51,437 bases of DNA from Pseudomonadota bacterium (GTDB taxonomy: Bacteria; Pseudomonadota; Alphaproteobacteria; Caulobacterales; Aquidulcibacteraceae): assembly GCA_016195245.1 (NCBI GenBank), contig JACQAC010000057.1, positions 1 through 51,437 of the forward strand. Direction: 5' to 3'. A program made the position numbers and the translations under genes. How positions within the stretch are numbered: position 1 is the first letter of the stretch; each line of letters opens with the position of its first letter. The notes beneath the pieces were generated by a model. It had not been told where the DNA came from. It was given only the letters and a program-made list of their open reading frames with translations, and did not search any database. Of the stretch, positions 18,741 through 28,296 are shown in pieces.

Positions 18741-19856
18741 ATGGTTAATTTTGCAGAAGCAACCGCGCTGGCGCCGGACTTGGCGTCCAAGTTGATGCGC
18801 CTGCTTCCGCGCGAACTGCAGACCATGTTCGTGCAGGCGCCGAACGTGTTTATGTTCTTCATGTCGATGGCGCTGGCGGCGGTGGTGATTGCCATCTTCT
18901 GGGTGCTCGCCGGCATGATGCGCGCTTCGAGTGTCGCGCGGATCGCGCTGCGCGCGCAGGCGCTCCGGCGGACCAAGGATCACCGCGCACTCGTCCTGAT
19001 CGGCGACATCGAAGGCGGCGGCTTTCTTCTGCGTCAGGAAATGAAGGAAGCGGTCGAGGACAATTTTGGTTTGTTCTCGTTCGAGCCGAACGTGCAAGTC
19101 GATGTCTTTCCGGTCCGTCTGAAGACACTGGCGCCGAACGCGCATCCCGAGAGCCGCCGACGGGTCGCGGTTGAGGCCGCTGATGCGCTTGAGCGCTCGG
19201 CCGCCGATGTGATCGTTTGGGGTAAGCGCAACTGGCTCGGCCGGCTCGATCTGCGGATCATGACGTTGCCCGGCTACGGCCGCGTGCATGAGGTCCAGGA
19301 CCTCCAACTCCAGTGGCGTACAGGCCGTCCGGACGAGATCGTACAGCGCGCGTTGGCGTTTGCTTTGGCGCGCAAGGCGCGTCCGGTCTTACATCGCCCG
19401 CAAGATTACAAGCCCGAACGCCTGCAGCCGATTGTCGAAGCGCTCGACAAGATGGTCGATGCACGCCCGGATTCGGTAAGCGACGGCTTGCAGCTCGACA
19501 TTTTGTCGGACTTTGCGTCGGGCGCACTGAGCCTCGGTGAGCGCGGCGGCCATATCAAATGGCTGCAGAAGTCGCTGGACGCGCGGCAGCACTATCTCGA
19601 TCGCGTCGATCGCACCACCGATCCCATAGCATGGGGTTCGGCCCAGCAGGAAATTGGGCGGGCGTTGACCGCCCTGGGTGAGCGCGAGGGTGCGCGCGAC
19701 AAGTTGGAAGAGGGCGCCTCCCGCCTGCGCTTGGCGATGGACGTGCTGCGTTCGACGGACTCGCTGCAGCAAGCTGAAGTGGCGTTGCGGGCCCTGCAAC
19801 GGGCCGAGCAGACGCTGCAACAGCGTCGCCGCGTCGGTCTGCGCTGGCCGACCTAG
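18741..19856 (+). CDS. Hypothetical membrane-anchored protein with helical (TPR-like) C-terminus
   Basis: One N-terminal TM; AWGSAQQEIGRALTALGEREG-type helical repeat. Confidence 0.7.
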   Translation: MVNFAEATALAPDLASKLMRLLPRELQTMFVQAPNVFMFFMSMALAAVVIAIFWVLAGMMRASSVARIALRAQALRRTKDHRALVLIGDIEGGGFLLRQEMKEAVEDNFGLFSFEPNVQVDVFPVRLKTLAPNAHPESRRRVAVEAADALERSAADVIVWGKRNWLGRLDLRIMTLPGYGRVHEVQDLQLQWRTGRPDEIVQRALAFALARKARPVLHRPQDYKPERLQPIVEALDKMVDARPDSVSDGLQLDILSDFASGALSLGERGGHIKWLQKSLDARQHYLDRVDRTTDPIAWGSAQQEIGRALTALGEREGARDKLEEGASRLRLAMDVLRSTDSLQQAEVALRALQRAEQTLQQRRRVGLRWPT

Positions 19857-19926
19857 CGTCACACCGACTTCGCACTAGCGATCTTCTGGAGCTGTCGTAA
19901 CCTGCGCCATCGCGCAGGGGACCGTC

Positions 19927-21975
19927 ATGGACAATTCACGCCGCTCAGTTTTGCAGATGGGCGCGGCCGCGCTCGCGGCGGAAGCGTTTGGCCCAACGAT
20001 CGCGCGCGCGCTGGCGCAACCCGCAAACACGCGCACCGGCACGATCCGCGATGTCGAGCACGTCGTGATCCTGATGCAGGAGAACCGTTCCTTCGATCAT
20101 TATTTTGGATCGCTGCGGGGCGTGCGCGGCTTCGGTGATCCGCGGCCTTTGATGCTGCCAAGTGGCGAGAGCGTGTTTCGCCAACCGTCGCCAAACGGAA
20201 GGGCGGTTGCGCCGTTCCATCTCGACACGCACACGACGCGCGCCGATCACAACGGCAGCCTCGATCATAGCTGGAAGGGGTCACACGAACGCTGGAAGCA
20301 TCACGACGCTTGGATCCGCATGAAGACGCCGATGACTATGGGTTACTTCACGCGCGACGACTTGCCGTTTTACTACGCGCTCGCCGACGCATTCACGATT
20401 TGCGACGCGTATCATTGTTCGATCTTTGGCCCGACGTCACCGAACCGGAATTTCCTGTTCACGGGCACAAGCGGGTTGAGTGCTGGCTATGACGGCCCAC
20501 TGGTGGCGCGCAATGCGTTGTTGGAACTGAATTGGACATCCGACCCCGGCAACGACCATGCGATGTTTTCGCCGCTCACATGGCGGACATATGCGGAGCG
20601 CCTTCAGGCAGCGGGCGTAAGCTGGAAGGTCTATCAGGAATACGACAACTACGGTGACAACTCGCTGGCCTACTTCGCGGCGTTTCGCGGCGAGCATGCC
20701 GATCGCGCGCTCATGCAGCGCGGACGCAGTTGGGCGGAAGGGTCAACCAAGGAAAATGCGCACGCCTCGCGCGGCGAATATTTGGTGGCTGAGCTTGCCA
20801 AGGATGTGCGCGAAGGCACGCTGCCACAAGTCTCGTGGATCGTTGCCCCCTACATCATGTGCGAGCATCCCGCGGCCGGGCCGGGCTACGGTCAGTCACT
20901 GACAGCGCGCTTGCTCGCGGCCCTCGTCGATAGTCCGGAGATGTGGTCGAAAACCGTCTTCCTGCTGAACTACGATGAGAATGACGGTCTGTTCGATCAC
21001 ATGCCGCCGCCCTTGCCGGCGCTCGGTCCGGCGCTTGGCGCATCGACGGTCAGCACAGACGGCGAAAGCTTCGGCGGCGAGCCGGTGGGCTTGGGACCGC
21101 GCGTGCCGATCCTGGCAATTTCACCTGGGAGCAAAGGCGGCTACGTCAATTCGCAAGTATTCGATCACACCTCAGTCGTTCGCTTTCTTGAGCGGCGCTT
21201 CGGCGTGCAAGAGCCGAACATCAGCGCGTGGCGGCGCGCCGTGTGCGGCGATCTCACATCGGTGTTTGATTTCGCGTCGCCGGATACCGCGCGTTCGCAG
21301 TTGCCGGACACCGGTGGTTACATCGCCGCTGCCGACGCGTCGCGCGCATTGCCGCGCGCGGTGGCGCCTGCGACGCCTACTGTCGCGCTTCAGGAGCGAG
21401 GGCAGCGGCCAGCTCGTCCTTTGCCGTACGATCTGCAAGCGCATTGTGAAACGGATGAGGTGAGCAAGAGCGTTGCGCTGGTCTTCACAAATAACGGCGC
21501 AGCGGGAGCAGCCTTCAACGTTTATGATGCAGACGGAACCACCGGCCCTTGGTTCTTTACCGTCGAAGCTGGCAGGTCGCTGCGTCACGAAGTGCTTACC
21601 GATGCCGATGCCTACGATCTCAGGGTTCTTGGGCCCAACGGATTCCTGCGCAACTTTTGCGGGACACATGGCGCGGTTCTAAGTGTGGCGGCCAACACCG
21701 ACCGTGTGCAGCGGGCGCTCGTCATCGCGCTGCGTAACACGGGTTCGGCGCCCATCGAGGCGATTGTTCGCATGCGCGCTTACGGAACGCGGAGCGAGAA
21801 TGTGACGTTGCGCGGCGGACAAGCCGTGCAATTGGCTTGGCAGATACAAAGCAGCGCCGACTGGTACGATGTCGAAGTCGTCATTGTCGGCGATGCGGCC
21901 TTCCTGAGCCGCTTTGCGGGCCATATTGAAACAGGTGCGCCCAGTATGAGCGATCCGTTGATCGGGGCCGCCTAG
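19927..21975 (+). CDS. Phosphocholine-specific phospholipase C (PlcN/PlcH family)
   Basis: Tat signal SRRSVL, VEHVVILMQENRSFDHYFG, GPTSPNR, YDENDGLFDH, C-terminal DUF756-type repeats (GPNGFLR, WYDV). Confidence 0.93.
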   Translation: MDNSRRSVLQMGAAALAAEAFGPTIARALAQPANTRTGTIRDVEHVVILMQENRSFDHYFGSLRGVRGFGDPRPLMLPSGESVFRQPSPNGRAVAPFHLDTHTTRADHNGSLDHSWKGSHERWKHHDAWIRMKTPMTMGYFTRDDLPFYYALADAFTICDAYHCSIFGPTSPNRNFLFTGTSGLSAGYDGPLVARNALLELNWTSDPGNDHAMFSPLTWRTYAERLQAAGVSWKVYQEYDNYGDNSLAYFAAFRGEHADRALMQRGRSWAEGSTKENAHASRGEYLVAELAKDVREGTLPQVSWIVAPYIMCEHPAAGPGYGQSLTARLLAALVDSPEMWSKTVFLLNYDENDGLFDHMPPPLPALGPALGASTVSTDGESFGGEPVGLGPRVPILAISPGSKGGYVNSQVFDHTSVVRFLERRFGVQEPNISAWRRAVCGDLTSVFDFASPDTARSQLPDTGGYIAAADASRALPRAVAPATPTVALQERGQRPARPLPYDLQAHCETDEVSKSVALVFTNNGAAGAAFNVYDADGTTGPWFFTVEAGRSLRHEVLTDADAYDLRVLGPNGFLRNFCGTHGAVLSVAANTDRVQRALVIALRNTGSAPIEAIVRMRAYGTRSENVTLRGGQAVQLAWQIQSSADWYDVEVVIVGDAAFLSRFAGHIETGAPSMSDPLIGAA

Positions 21976-22352
21976 GATGCGGCGCTTTCGTTCAACAAGT
22001 CGGTGATTACCTGCGCCAATGCGCTGGCGCGGAACGGCTTTGTCATGACGGCGTTGGCGCCGCCCTCTTGTGCGACTTCCAGCGCGTCGCGGCCGCCGAT
22101 AACGCTCGATCCCGAAATTGCAACCAACGGCAAGTGCGGAAAAAGCTCGCGCACCTGCGCGATGAATTGGGCGCCGTTCGTGCCCGGCATGCTCATGTCC
22201 GTGACGACCGCATCAACACCTTCACGCTTGACGAAATCGAGACCGCTTGCCGCTCCAGGCGCGGCGCAGACCTCAAAGCCTGCGTCGCCCAACCCAAGGC
22301 TGATCGCATCGCGTACGAGGATGTCATCATCAATCAAACAGACGCGTGGCAT
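21972..22352 (-). CDS. Single-domain response regulator
   Basis: LIDDD, VVTDMSMP, AISG, KPF receiver motifs. Confidence 0.9.
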   Translation of the reverse strand: MPRVCLIDDDILVRDAISLGLGDAGFEVCAAPGAASGLDFVKREGVDAVVTDMSMPGTNGAQFIAQVRELFPHLPLVAISGSSVIGGRDALEVAQEGGANAVMTKPFRASALAQVITDLLNESAAS

Positions 22353-22537
22353 GGAATCATCCGAACCGGCATTCTAGCATAAATTGTAAATAATGCGCTC
22401 ACGGCGTGCATCGCGAAACTTCGAGGTGCGGGTGGGATGCCTGTCGGAAGGATTTGTGTTGCGCCACAGAAACAAAACAGCTTCGTGCGCGCTTTGATCA
22501 GCAACCCTTGAGCGGATGCGGGGCCTGGATGCTGCTC

Positions 22538-23689
22538 CTACACGAAGAGTTTTCGCGCCGTAGCCAGGCGTTCGATCCCTCTGTCGAGGGTTGAATCGCT
22601 CTTGGCGAAACATAGCCGCACCAGCGGCGGCGCGCCTGGTTCAGCGTAGAAGGCGGAATAGGGGATGGTTGCAACACCCGCTTCCTTCACCGCGCGAAGC
22701 GCAAACTCCTGGTCCGACGCAACGATGCCAGAGGCGTTCAAGTCGACACTGAGAAAATACGCGCCCGCGGCCGGCAGCACTCCATAACCCGCTTGCACTA
22801 GTCCTTGCGCCAAGCGGTTGCGACCGCGTTCGAAGTTGGCGCGGACTTCGGCAAAGTGCTCCGCCGGTTTGCCTAACCCGTACGCGACAGCGTGCTGCAG
22901 GTTCGGCGGCGTCGTGAACGTTAGATATTGATGGGCCTTGGCGAAGAGATCGGTCAGCGGCGGCGCGGCGCAAGCGAAACCGACCTTCCAACCGGTCATC
23001 GAGAACATTTTGCCAGCTGAGCCGATTTTAATTGTTCGATCGCGCAACGCATGCAGCATCGACACGTGCTTGGCGCTGTCAAACAGCACATGCTCCCAAA
23101 CCTCGTCGCTGATCACGATGGCGTTCGCCTTTAGTGCGTAGCGGGCAATGAGTGCGAGATCGGCGCTCGAAAACACGTTCGACGACGGATTGCCGGGTGT
23201 GCAGACGACAATGGCGCGTGTTTTTGGCGTGATCGCTGCAGCCAGCTTGTCTTCATTGACGCGCCAATGTGGTGGCTCAAGGCGCACGAAGCGCGCCGTT
23301 CCGCCACCCCGGCGCACCATCGGCAAGTAGGAGTCATACATCGGCTCGAACAGCACGACTTCGTCGCCTGGTTCGATCACGGCGAGAAGCGCAGCGGCGA
23401 GCGCTTCCGTGGCGCCCGATGTTATGGTGACCTCCGTTTTCCAATCGAGCGCGACGCCTTGGTGCGTCCGATAGTGTTCGGCGACGGCCTCGCGAAGCGC
23501 TGGTATCCCACGCATCGGCGGATATTGGTTGGGACCATCAAGCAGTGCTTGTGCGGCACGCTCGCGGACATCGAGTGGGCCGTCGGTTTCTGGAAAGGCT
23601 TGCCCCAGATTGATCGCGCCAAGCTCCGCGGCGAGGCCCGACATCGTCTCGAAGATGGTGGGTTTCAGGGCGGCGTAGATGCAGTTCAT
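22538..23689 (-). CDS. PLP-dependent class I/II aminotransferase (YbdL-like)
   Basis: AINLGQAFP, SDEVWEH, SAGKMFSMTGWKVG, VRLCFAK. Confidence 0.93.
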   Translation of the reverse strand: MNCIYAALKPTIFETMSGLAAELGAINLGQAFPETDGPLDVRERAAQALLDGPNQYPPMRGIPALREAVAEHYRTHQGVALDWKTEVTITSGATEALAAALLAVIEPGDEVVLFEPMYDSYLPMVRRGGGTARFVRLEPPHWRVNEDKLAAAITPKTRAIVVCTPGNPSSNVFSSADLALIARYALKANAIVISDEVWEHVLFDSAKHVSMLHALRDRTIKIGSAGKMFSMTGWKVGFACAAPPLTDLFAKAHQYLTFTTPPNLQHAVAYGLGKPAEHFAEVRANFERGRNRLAQGLVQAGYGVLPAAGAYFLSVDLNASGIVASDQEFALRAVKEAGVATIPYSAFYAEPGAPPLVRLCFAKSDSTLDRGIERLATARKLFV

Positions 23690-23769
23690 CTATTCTTCTT
23701 GGCGCCACGCCCGGGACGCCGCCAGGGGCCTTTACGTGAAGCGCCCGCGCGGCCATAAACCCGCCCTCC

Positions 23770-23859
23770 GGACAGGTGGCCGAGTGGTTGAAGGCGCACG
23801 CCTGGAACGCGTGTGTAGGTGAAAGCCTACCGAGGGTTCGAATCCCTCTCTGTCCGCCA
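23770..23859 (+). tRNA. tRNA-Ser(GGA)
   Basis: GGACAGGTGGCCGAGTGGTTGAAGGCG CACGC-CTGGAAC-GCGTG, long variable arm, GGTTCGAATCC, CTGTCCGCCA. Confidence 0.97.
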
Positions 23860-24321
23860 TCCGCCTCACCCAAGAACAAGAGACCAAACGCGGACCGAAA
23901 GGCGGTGAAGCACTCAACAGCGCACCCATCTCTGTACGCAATTGAAATGGCTGGCGCAGTGGTGATCGGGATGGTCGAGTTACTCGGCAATTGTCATCCC
24001 CCGGCCCTCGATGTCGCCCATCGTGTCAGTGATCCAACCTTTGTGGACCATCGCTTCCGATGACGTCACTCAGCTCGCTTCGACCGAACGCGGAGGCGCC
24101 TCTGTGCTCGCCCGCATTTCTTGCGCGCAGCGCGAGGAGCAGCTCGCTCAAGCGCTTGCAGGCGCATCATGAAGCGAGGCCGCCAAAGTTGATCGACGGC
24201 GCGGCGATCAACGGGCAGGGCGGCCGAGAAGCGGGTGCTCAGTCGCGTGGGAGTTCGGGCTGACTGCCGCGAGTCGGCGCATTGGCAGATTGTGGTTTTC
24301 GCGGCTGTGCGACTCCTCTGA

Positions 24322-24342
24322 GTAAGATAACAAAAATTACAA
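24322..24342. promoter_or_regulatory. Candidate regulator-binding site, copy 1 (upstream of the response regulator)
   Basis: GTAAGATAACAAAAATTACAA; its reverse complement matches 36359-36379 at 19 of 21 positions. Confidence 0.55.
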
Positions 24343-24500
24343 CCCACTTCGAAGCATGCGGACCCATTGTTAATTCAGGTCAAAAGACTTTGGCCGTTGC
24401 GCGCGTGGCGAACATGCTTGCGCAAACGGACCTTGTTGCGTCACACACTCGACCAGGCTGAGACGCTTGTCGCGGCAGGGGTAGAGGCGAGTGAACAAGC

Positions 24501-25169
24501 GTGGCGAGAGTATTGATCGTCGAAGACGATCTGAGAACAAGTGAGCTCCTGCGCAGCGGCCTGGCGGAAGCCGGGCACGCCGTGGAAGCGGTGGGCGACG
24601 GTGAGCTTGGCCTCGCAGCGATCCAGGCTGCGCCATTTGATCTTATCATCCTCGACGCGCTGTTGCCGAAGAGAGATGGATGGCAAGTTCTCGAAGAGCT
24701 GCGCCGACAAGGGTGTCAAACGCCGGTCCTCATGCTCTCGGCGCTCGATGGCATTCAACACAGAGTGCGAGGTTTGTCCCTTGGCGCGGATGACTATCTA
24801 ACCAAGCCGTTCTCCTTCGAAGAACTGAACCTACGCGTCAACGCCATCTGCCGTAGACTTTCTCGTGCAGAAACCAGCGGTCTCGGTAACGCCGATGTTG
24901 CACTCGACGAGGCGAACTTGAGCGCGCTGCGAGATGGAGAAGTGATCTCCCTCACCATGAAGGAATTTGCCCTCCTGAAACTGTTGCTGACCTATCAAGG
25001 AGCAATCCTGTCGAAGCAATATATCGCCAAGCAGGTGTGGGACATCGAGGTGGACTCGGAAAGCAACGTCGTTGAGGTAAATATCAGACGGCTTCGACAA
25101 AAACTCGACGATCCGTTTGCCAAAAAGCTCATCTACACCTTACGCGGTCGAGGATATGTCCTCCGCTAG
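24501..25169 (+). CDS. OmpR-family response regulator (CusR/CopR-like)
   Basis: LIVEDD, LIILD, GADDYLTKPFSFEEL, SNVVEVNIRRLRQKLDDPF..KLIYTLRGRGY. Confidence 0.93.
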   Translation: MARVLIVEDDLRTSELLRSGLAEAGHAVEAVGDGELGLAAIQAAPFDLIILDALLPKRDGWQVLEELRRQGCQTPVLMLSALDGIQHRVRGLSLGADDYLTKPFSFEELNLRVNAICRRLSRAETSGLGNADVALDEANLSALRDGEVISLTMKEFALLKLLLTYQGAILSKQYIAKQVWDIEVDSESNVVEVNIRRLRQKLDDPFAKKLIYTLRGRGYVLR

Positions 25170-26592
25170 GGCCGTGTTGCAGCGATGGCTCTCGCGGCTA
25201 CCGCCGTTCTCGAGCCTCTCGTGGCGGCTGGCTGCGTGGAGCGCCGTGGCCTCCATGTTGATTGTCCTTTCCGTTAGCGTGGCGATGTACGGTGCGATGA
25301 CCGCGCAAGTACGCAGCGTGGACGAACAGGTGCTTATGAAGCGTGCGCAGCGCGTCGCGGATATCTTGCAGACGTCCTCAGACATCGCCTTCTGGCTGCC
25401 CCACGAAGTCAGCGAAGACTTGGAAGGTCCACGCCAGGTATTCATGCGCGTTATTGATCGTCGTGGCGTGGTGGTAAACGAAACGCCGCTTATGGCGGGG
25501 GCGGCGCCCGCGGATCTATTTCCAAGTGCGGCCGTCGCAAGTGATGCGCGGCCGATCACGTTCGCCAATGCCCATGGCCGACAGTTTCGCGGCTTGAGCC
25601 TACGGGTCAGGGCGGCCGGCTTACCCTCTGGTGAAGCCACCGTCCAGACCGCGGTGGACGTGAGCGTCGACGAACTTCTTCTCGGGCGCTTTCGCGCTAT
25701 GCTGCTGTCCGTCGTGGCGCCTGCCTTGTTGGCATGCGCTCTGGTTGCCGCCGTCATTGCCGCGACATTGTTGGCGCCACTGCGGCGCATGGCGCGAGAA
25801 GCCGAGACTCTTGGTGGAGATGCCGTGGGCGCGCGGCTGAGCGCCTATGGCGCCGGCGACGAGGTTAGCGATGTCGGGCGCGCCTTCAACGGAGCCCTGG
25901 AGAGGCTTCAACGAGCCCACGAAGCACTGCGGCGCTATGCCGACAATGTCGCCCACGAAATTCGAACGCCGCTGAACCGAATGCTCCTGAAGGCCGAAAT
26001 TGCCGCGCGCGAGCCAAGAACCGCAGAGCAGTACCGCGAGGTTATCGAGGAGCAGGCGCGCGAGTGCGGTGAGTTAGCGCGACTGGTGCAACGGCTTCTG
26101 TTCTTGGCGCGAGCGGAAAATGCGCCAACGTTACCCGAGCGCGCGATGCTTGATGTGGAGGGCGAGCTGGGCGTCTTGCGCAACTATTTCGAGTCAAGTG
26201 CGACGGACGCCGGAATTAGCATTGTGGTTGAATGCCAAGCGATGACTCCGCACGCGTTCGCCGACCGTCTGCTTTTTCAGCAGGCGATCGGTAATCTCGT
26301 AACCAATGCGATCGCCCACGCCAGGGCTGGCGGCGTTGTTCGGGTCGTGGCGCGCCCAGTTTCGTCGGGTGTGGAGGTGGCCGTTATCGACACCGGCTCG
26401 GGCATTGCGGCGGCGGACATTCCTCATGTCTTCGATCGCTTTTATCGCTCGAATCCAAGGCAATCGAATGAGGGAGTGGGTTTGGGTCTCGCCATTGCAA
26501 AGAGCATACTCGACCTTCATGGCGGCAGCATTGCACTAAAGAGCGGAGTGGGAGAAGGCACGACGGTCGTCACGCTCTGGCCGAGTGTTTGA
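25156..26592 (+). CDS. Sensor histidine kinase (CusS-like)
   Basis: ATG 25156 overlaps the regulator stop; two TM helices, HAMP, AHEIRTPL H-box, N/D/F/G boxes. Confidence 0.92.
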   Translation: MSSARAVLQRWLSRLPPFSSLSWRLAAWSAVASMLIVLSVSVAMYGAMTAQVRSVDEQVLMKRAQRVADILQTSSDIAFWLPHEVSEDLEGPRQVFMRVIDRRGVVVNETPLMAGAAPADLFPSAAVASDARPITFANAHGRQFRGLSLRVRAAGLPSGEATVQTAVDVSVDELLLGRFRAMLLSVVAPALLACALVAAVIAATLLAPLRRMAREAETLGGDAVGARLSAYGAGDEVSDVGRAFNGALERLQRAHEALRRYADNVAHEIRTPLNRMLLKAEIAAREPRTAEQYREVIEEQARECGELARLVQRLLFLARAENAPTLPERAMLDVEGELGVLRNYFESSATDAGISIVVECQAMTPHAFADRLLFQQAIGNLVTNAIAHARAGGVVRVVARPVSSGVEVAVIDTGSGIAAADIPHVFDRFYRSNPRQSNEGVGLGLAIAKSILDLHGGSIALKSGVGEGTTVVTLWPSV

Positions 26593-26615
26593 CCCTTCAG
26601 TGCTGGGAAGGTTGA

Positions 26616-28283
26616 ATGAACGCCGGGTCGGTTAGACATTTGCTATCAAGAGCCGCCCTTCGCGCCGACGCTGGCGGCGACGGTTCGGCGCTCGTATTGC
26701 TTCGTTCAGCGCTAATAGAGACCGATGCGTCGCAACATGAACCGATCGCGCTGGCGCTTCGTCGCATTGAAGCGATTGCGGCCGCCGGCATCGCCGAAGA
26801 GCCCTGCAGCTTGGATGAAGTCTTGGAAGAACCGCCGCCTCTTGTCGACGCGACCCTCGCGGCGGCGGTGACGAAGCTTTGCAGCTGGGCGGAGCGCGTT
26901 TGGGCAAGCGAAGAACGCCTGGCTTACTTGAGGCGGCGCGCCGCCACCGAAGGCGGACGCTCTCCCTCGCTGGCGCTAGCCCTTAGCGCCTCCGCTCAAA
27001 GCCTCGCGCGAAACGGACGCTTCGAAATCGCGGTGCCGCTTTGTACGGAGGCGGTGTCGATGTGGTGCAAGCTGATCGATGGCGGCGCCACTCTCCTCGC
27101 AGCGAGGCTAGCGGATTCGCTCCGGTTGCTCGGCGCCGTCGAGTCAGAGCGGGGAAACCTCGAGAAGGGTGTGAGCCTCGGCGCCGAGGCGCGCGATCTT
27201 TTCCTCCGGGAGCTTGATCGGAACGATCGCATCCAAAATCGAATGGGGCTGGGCGCTGCCTTGCATAATCTGGCCGGTGCTTACCTCAAGACAGGTGATG
27301 TTTCGCGCGCAGTCGCCGTGTCGAACGAGGCTATCGCGGTGCGTCGATTGCTCGCCGTGCAGGCGCCAATGGTCTGCGGTTTAGATATGGCGCGCACGTT
27401 GTCGGAGGCGAGTGTGGTGTTCGGCCACGCGGAGCTTTTTGACGACGCGTTTTCTGTCAGCCAAGAGGCGACGGAATTTTTCCGTACCGCCTCGTTAGCG
27501 GAAGTGGCCTATCTGAATCCGTTAGCGACTGCGCTTCGCAATCTGTCGCAGCATGCTTTTGCCGTTGGGCAATACGCTGTTGGTCTTGACGCCACAGATG
27601 AGGAGATTGCGATTTATCGTCGTCGCGGTCATCACGAGGGAAATGATACAACGACCGCACTCGCTGGTGCTCTACACAACAGAGCGTCGCATTTGGCGAT
27701 GTTGGCGCAGAACGAAGAAGCGCTCAAGAGCGTGTCCGAAGCCATTGACACGCAAAGGAGTGCATCAGGCGCGTCGGCGCGTCGGGCCGCCATGGGAGCG
27801 TCGATGCATCTGGCGGGGATTGTCGCGCATCAAGCTGGCCGCGAGGAGGAGGCTTTGGATCGTCTCGCGGAAGCGGTGAAAGTTCGCAACACATTGCGCG
27901 TCGGTGGAGATGCTGAGGCGCAGGTGGACTACGCGCGCTCCTGCAGCGAGCTAGCGGATGCACAATGCGCTGCGGGGCAGTGGGCATTGGCGGTCGAGAC
28001 CAACGAAGAGGCGGTCGCTGCAATGTCCGCGGTCATGCGCCTGCGCGCCAGCAAGTCTGATGTATTCGAATACGCGCGCCTACTCTTGCAAACCGGCAAT
28101 TTGCAGCGCCGCGTTGGCCGGATTAGCGCCGCGATTAGGTCTTATGAGGCCGTGGCGGCGCTGCGCTCGCAATTGCAGGAAATGGAGTTGGACGGAGCTT
28201 TGGCGGACGTTGCCGCGCAACGTTTGATTTCCTGCCTCAGGCGATCGAACGGCGCGAGTGCTGGATCAACGCCGCACACCTGA
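26616..28283 (+). CDS. Tetratricopeptide-repeat protein
   Basis: Repeated LA.AL.NL....G..A...EA...R.L helical units; 23 nt after the kinase, same strand. Confidence 0.75.
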   Translation: MNAGSVRHLLSRAALRADAGGDGSALVLLRSALIETDASQHEPIALALRRIEAIAAAGIAEEPCSLDEVLEEPPPLVDATLAAAVTKLCSWAERVWASEERLAYLRRRAATEGGRSPSLALALSASAQSLARNGRFEIAVPLCTEAVSMWCKLIDGGATLLAARLADSLRLLGAVESERGNLEKGVSLGAEARDLFLRELDRNDRIQNRMGLGAALHNLAGAYLKTGDVSRAVAVSNEAIAVRRLLAVQAPMVCGLDMARTLSEASVVFGHAELFDDAFSVSQEATEFFRTASLAEVAYLNPLATALRNLSQHAFAVGQYAVGLDATDEEIAIYRRRGHHEGNDTTTALAGALHNRASHLAMLAQNEEALKSVSEAIDTQRSASGASARRAAMGASMHLAGIVAHQAGREEEALDRLAEAVKVRNTLRVGGDAEAQVDYARSCSELADAQCAAGQWALAVETNEEAVAAMSAVMRLRASKSDVFEYARLLLQTGNLQRRVGRISAAIRSYEAVAALRSQLQEMELDGALADVAAQRLISCLRRSNGASAGSTPHT

Positions 28284-28296
28284 GCAAGAGCCGCTT

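Noticed and set aside
23860-24500. Short ORFs after tRNA-Ser as integrase remnants
   Set aside because: No recognisable recombinase or transposase motif in the listed ORFs; left unannotated.
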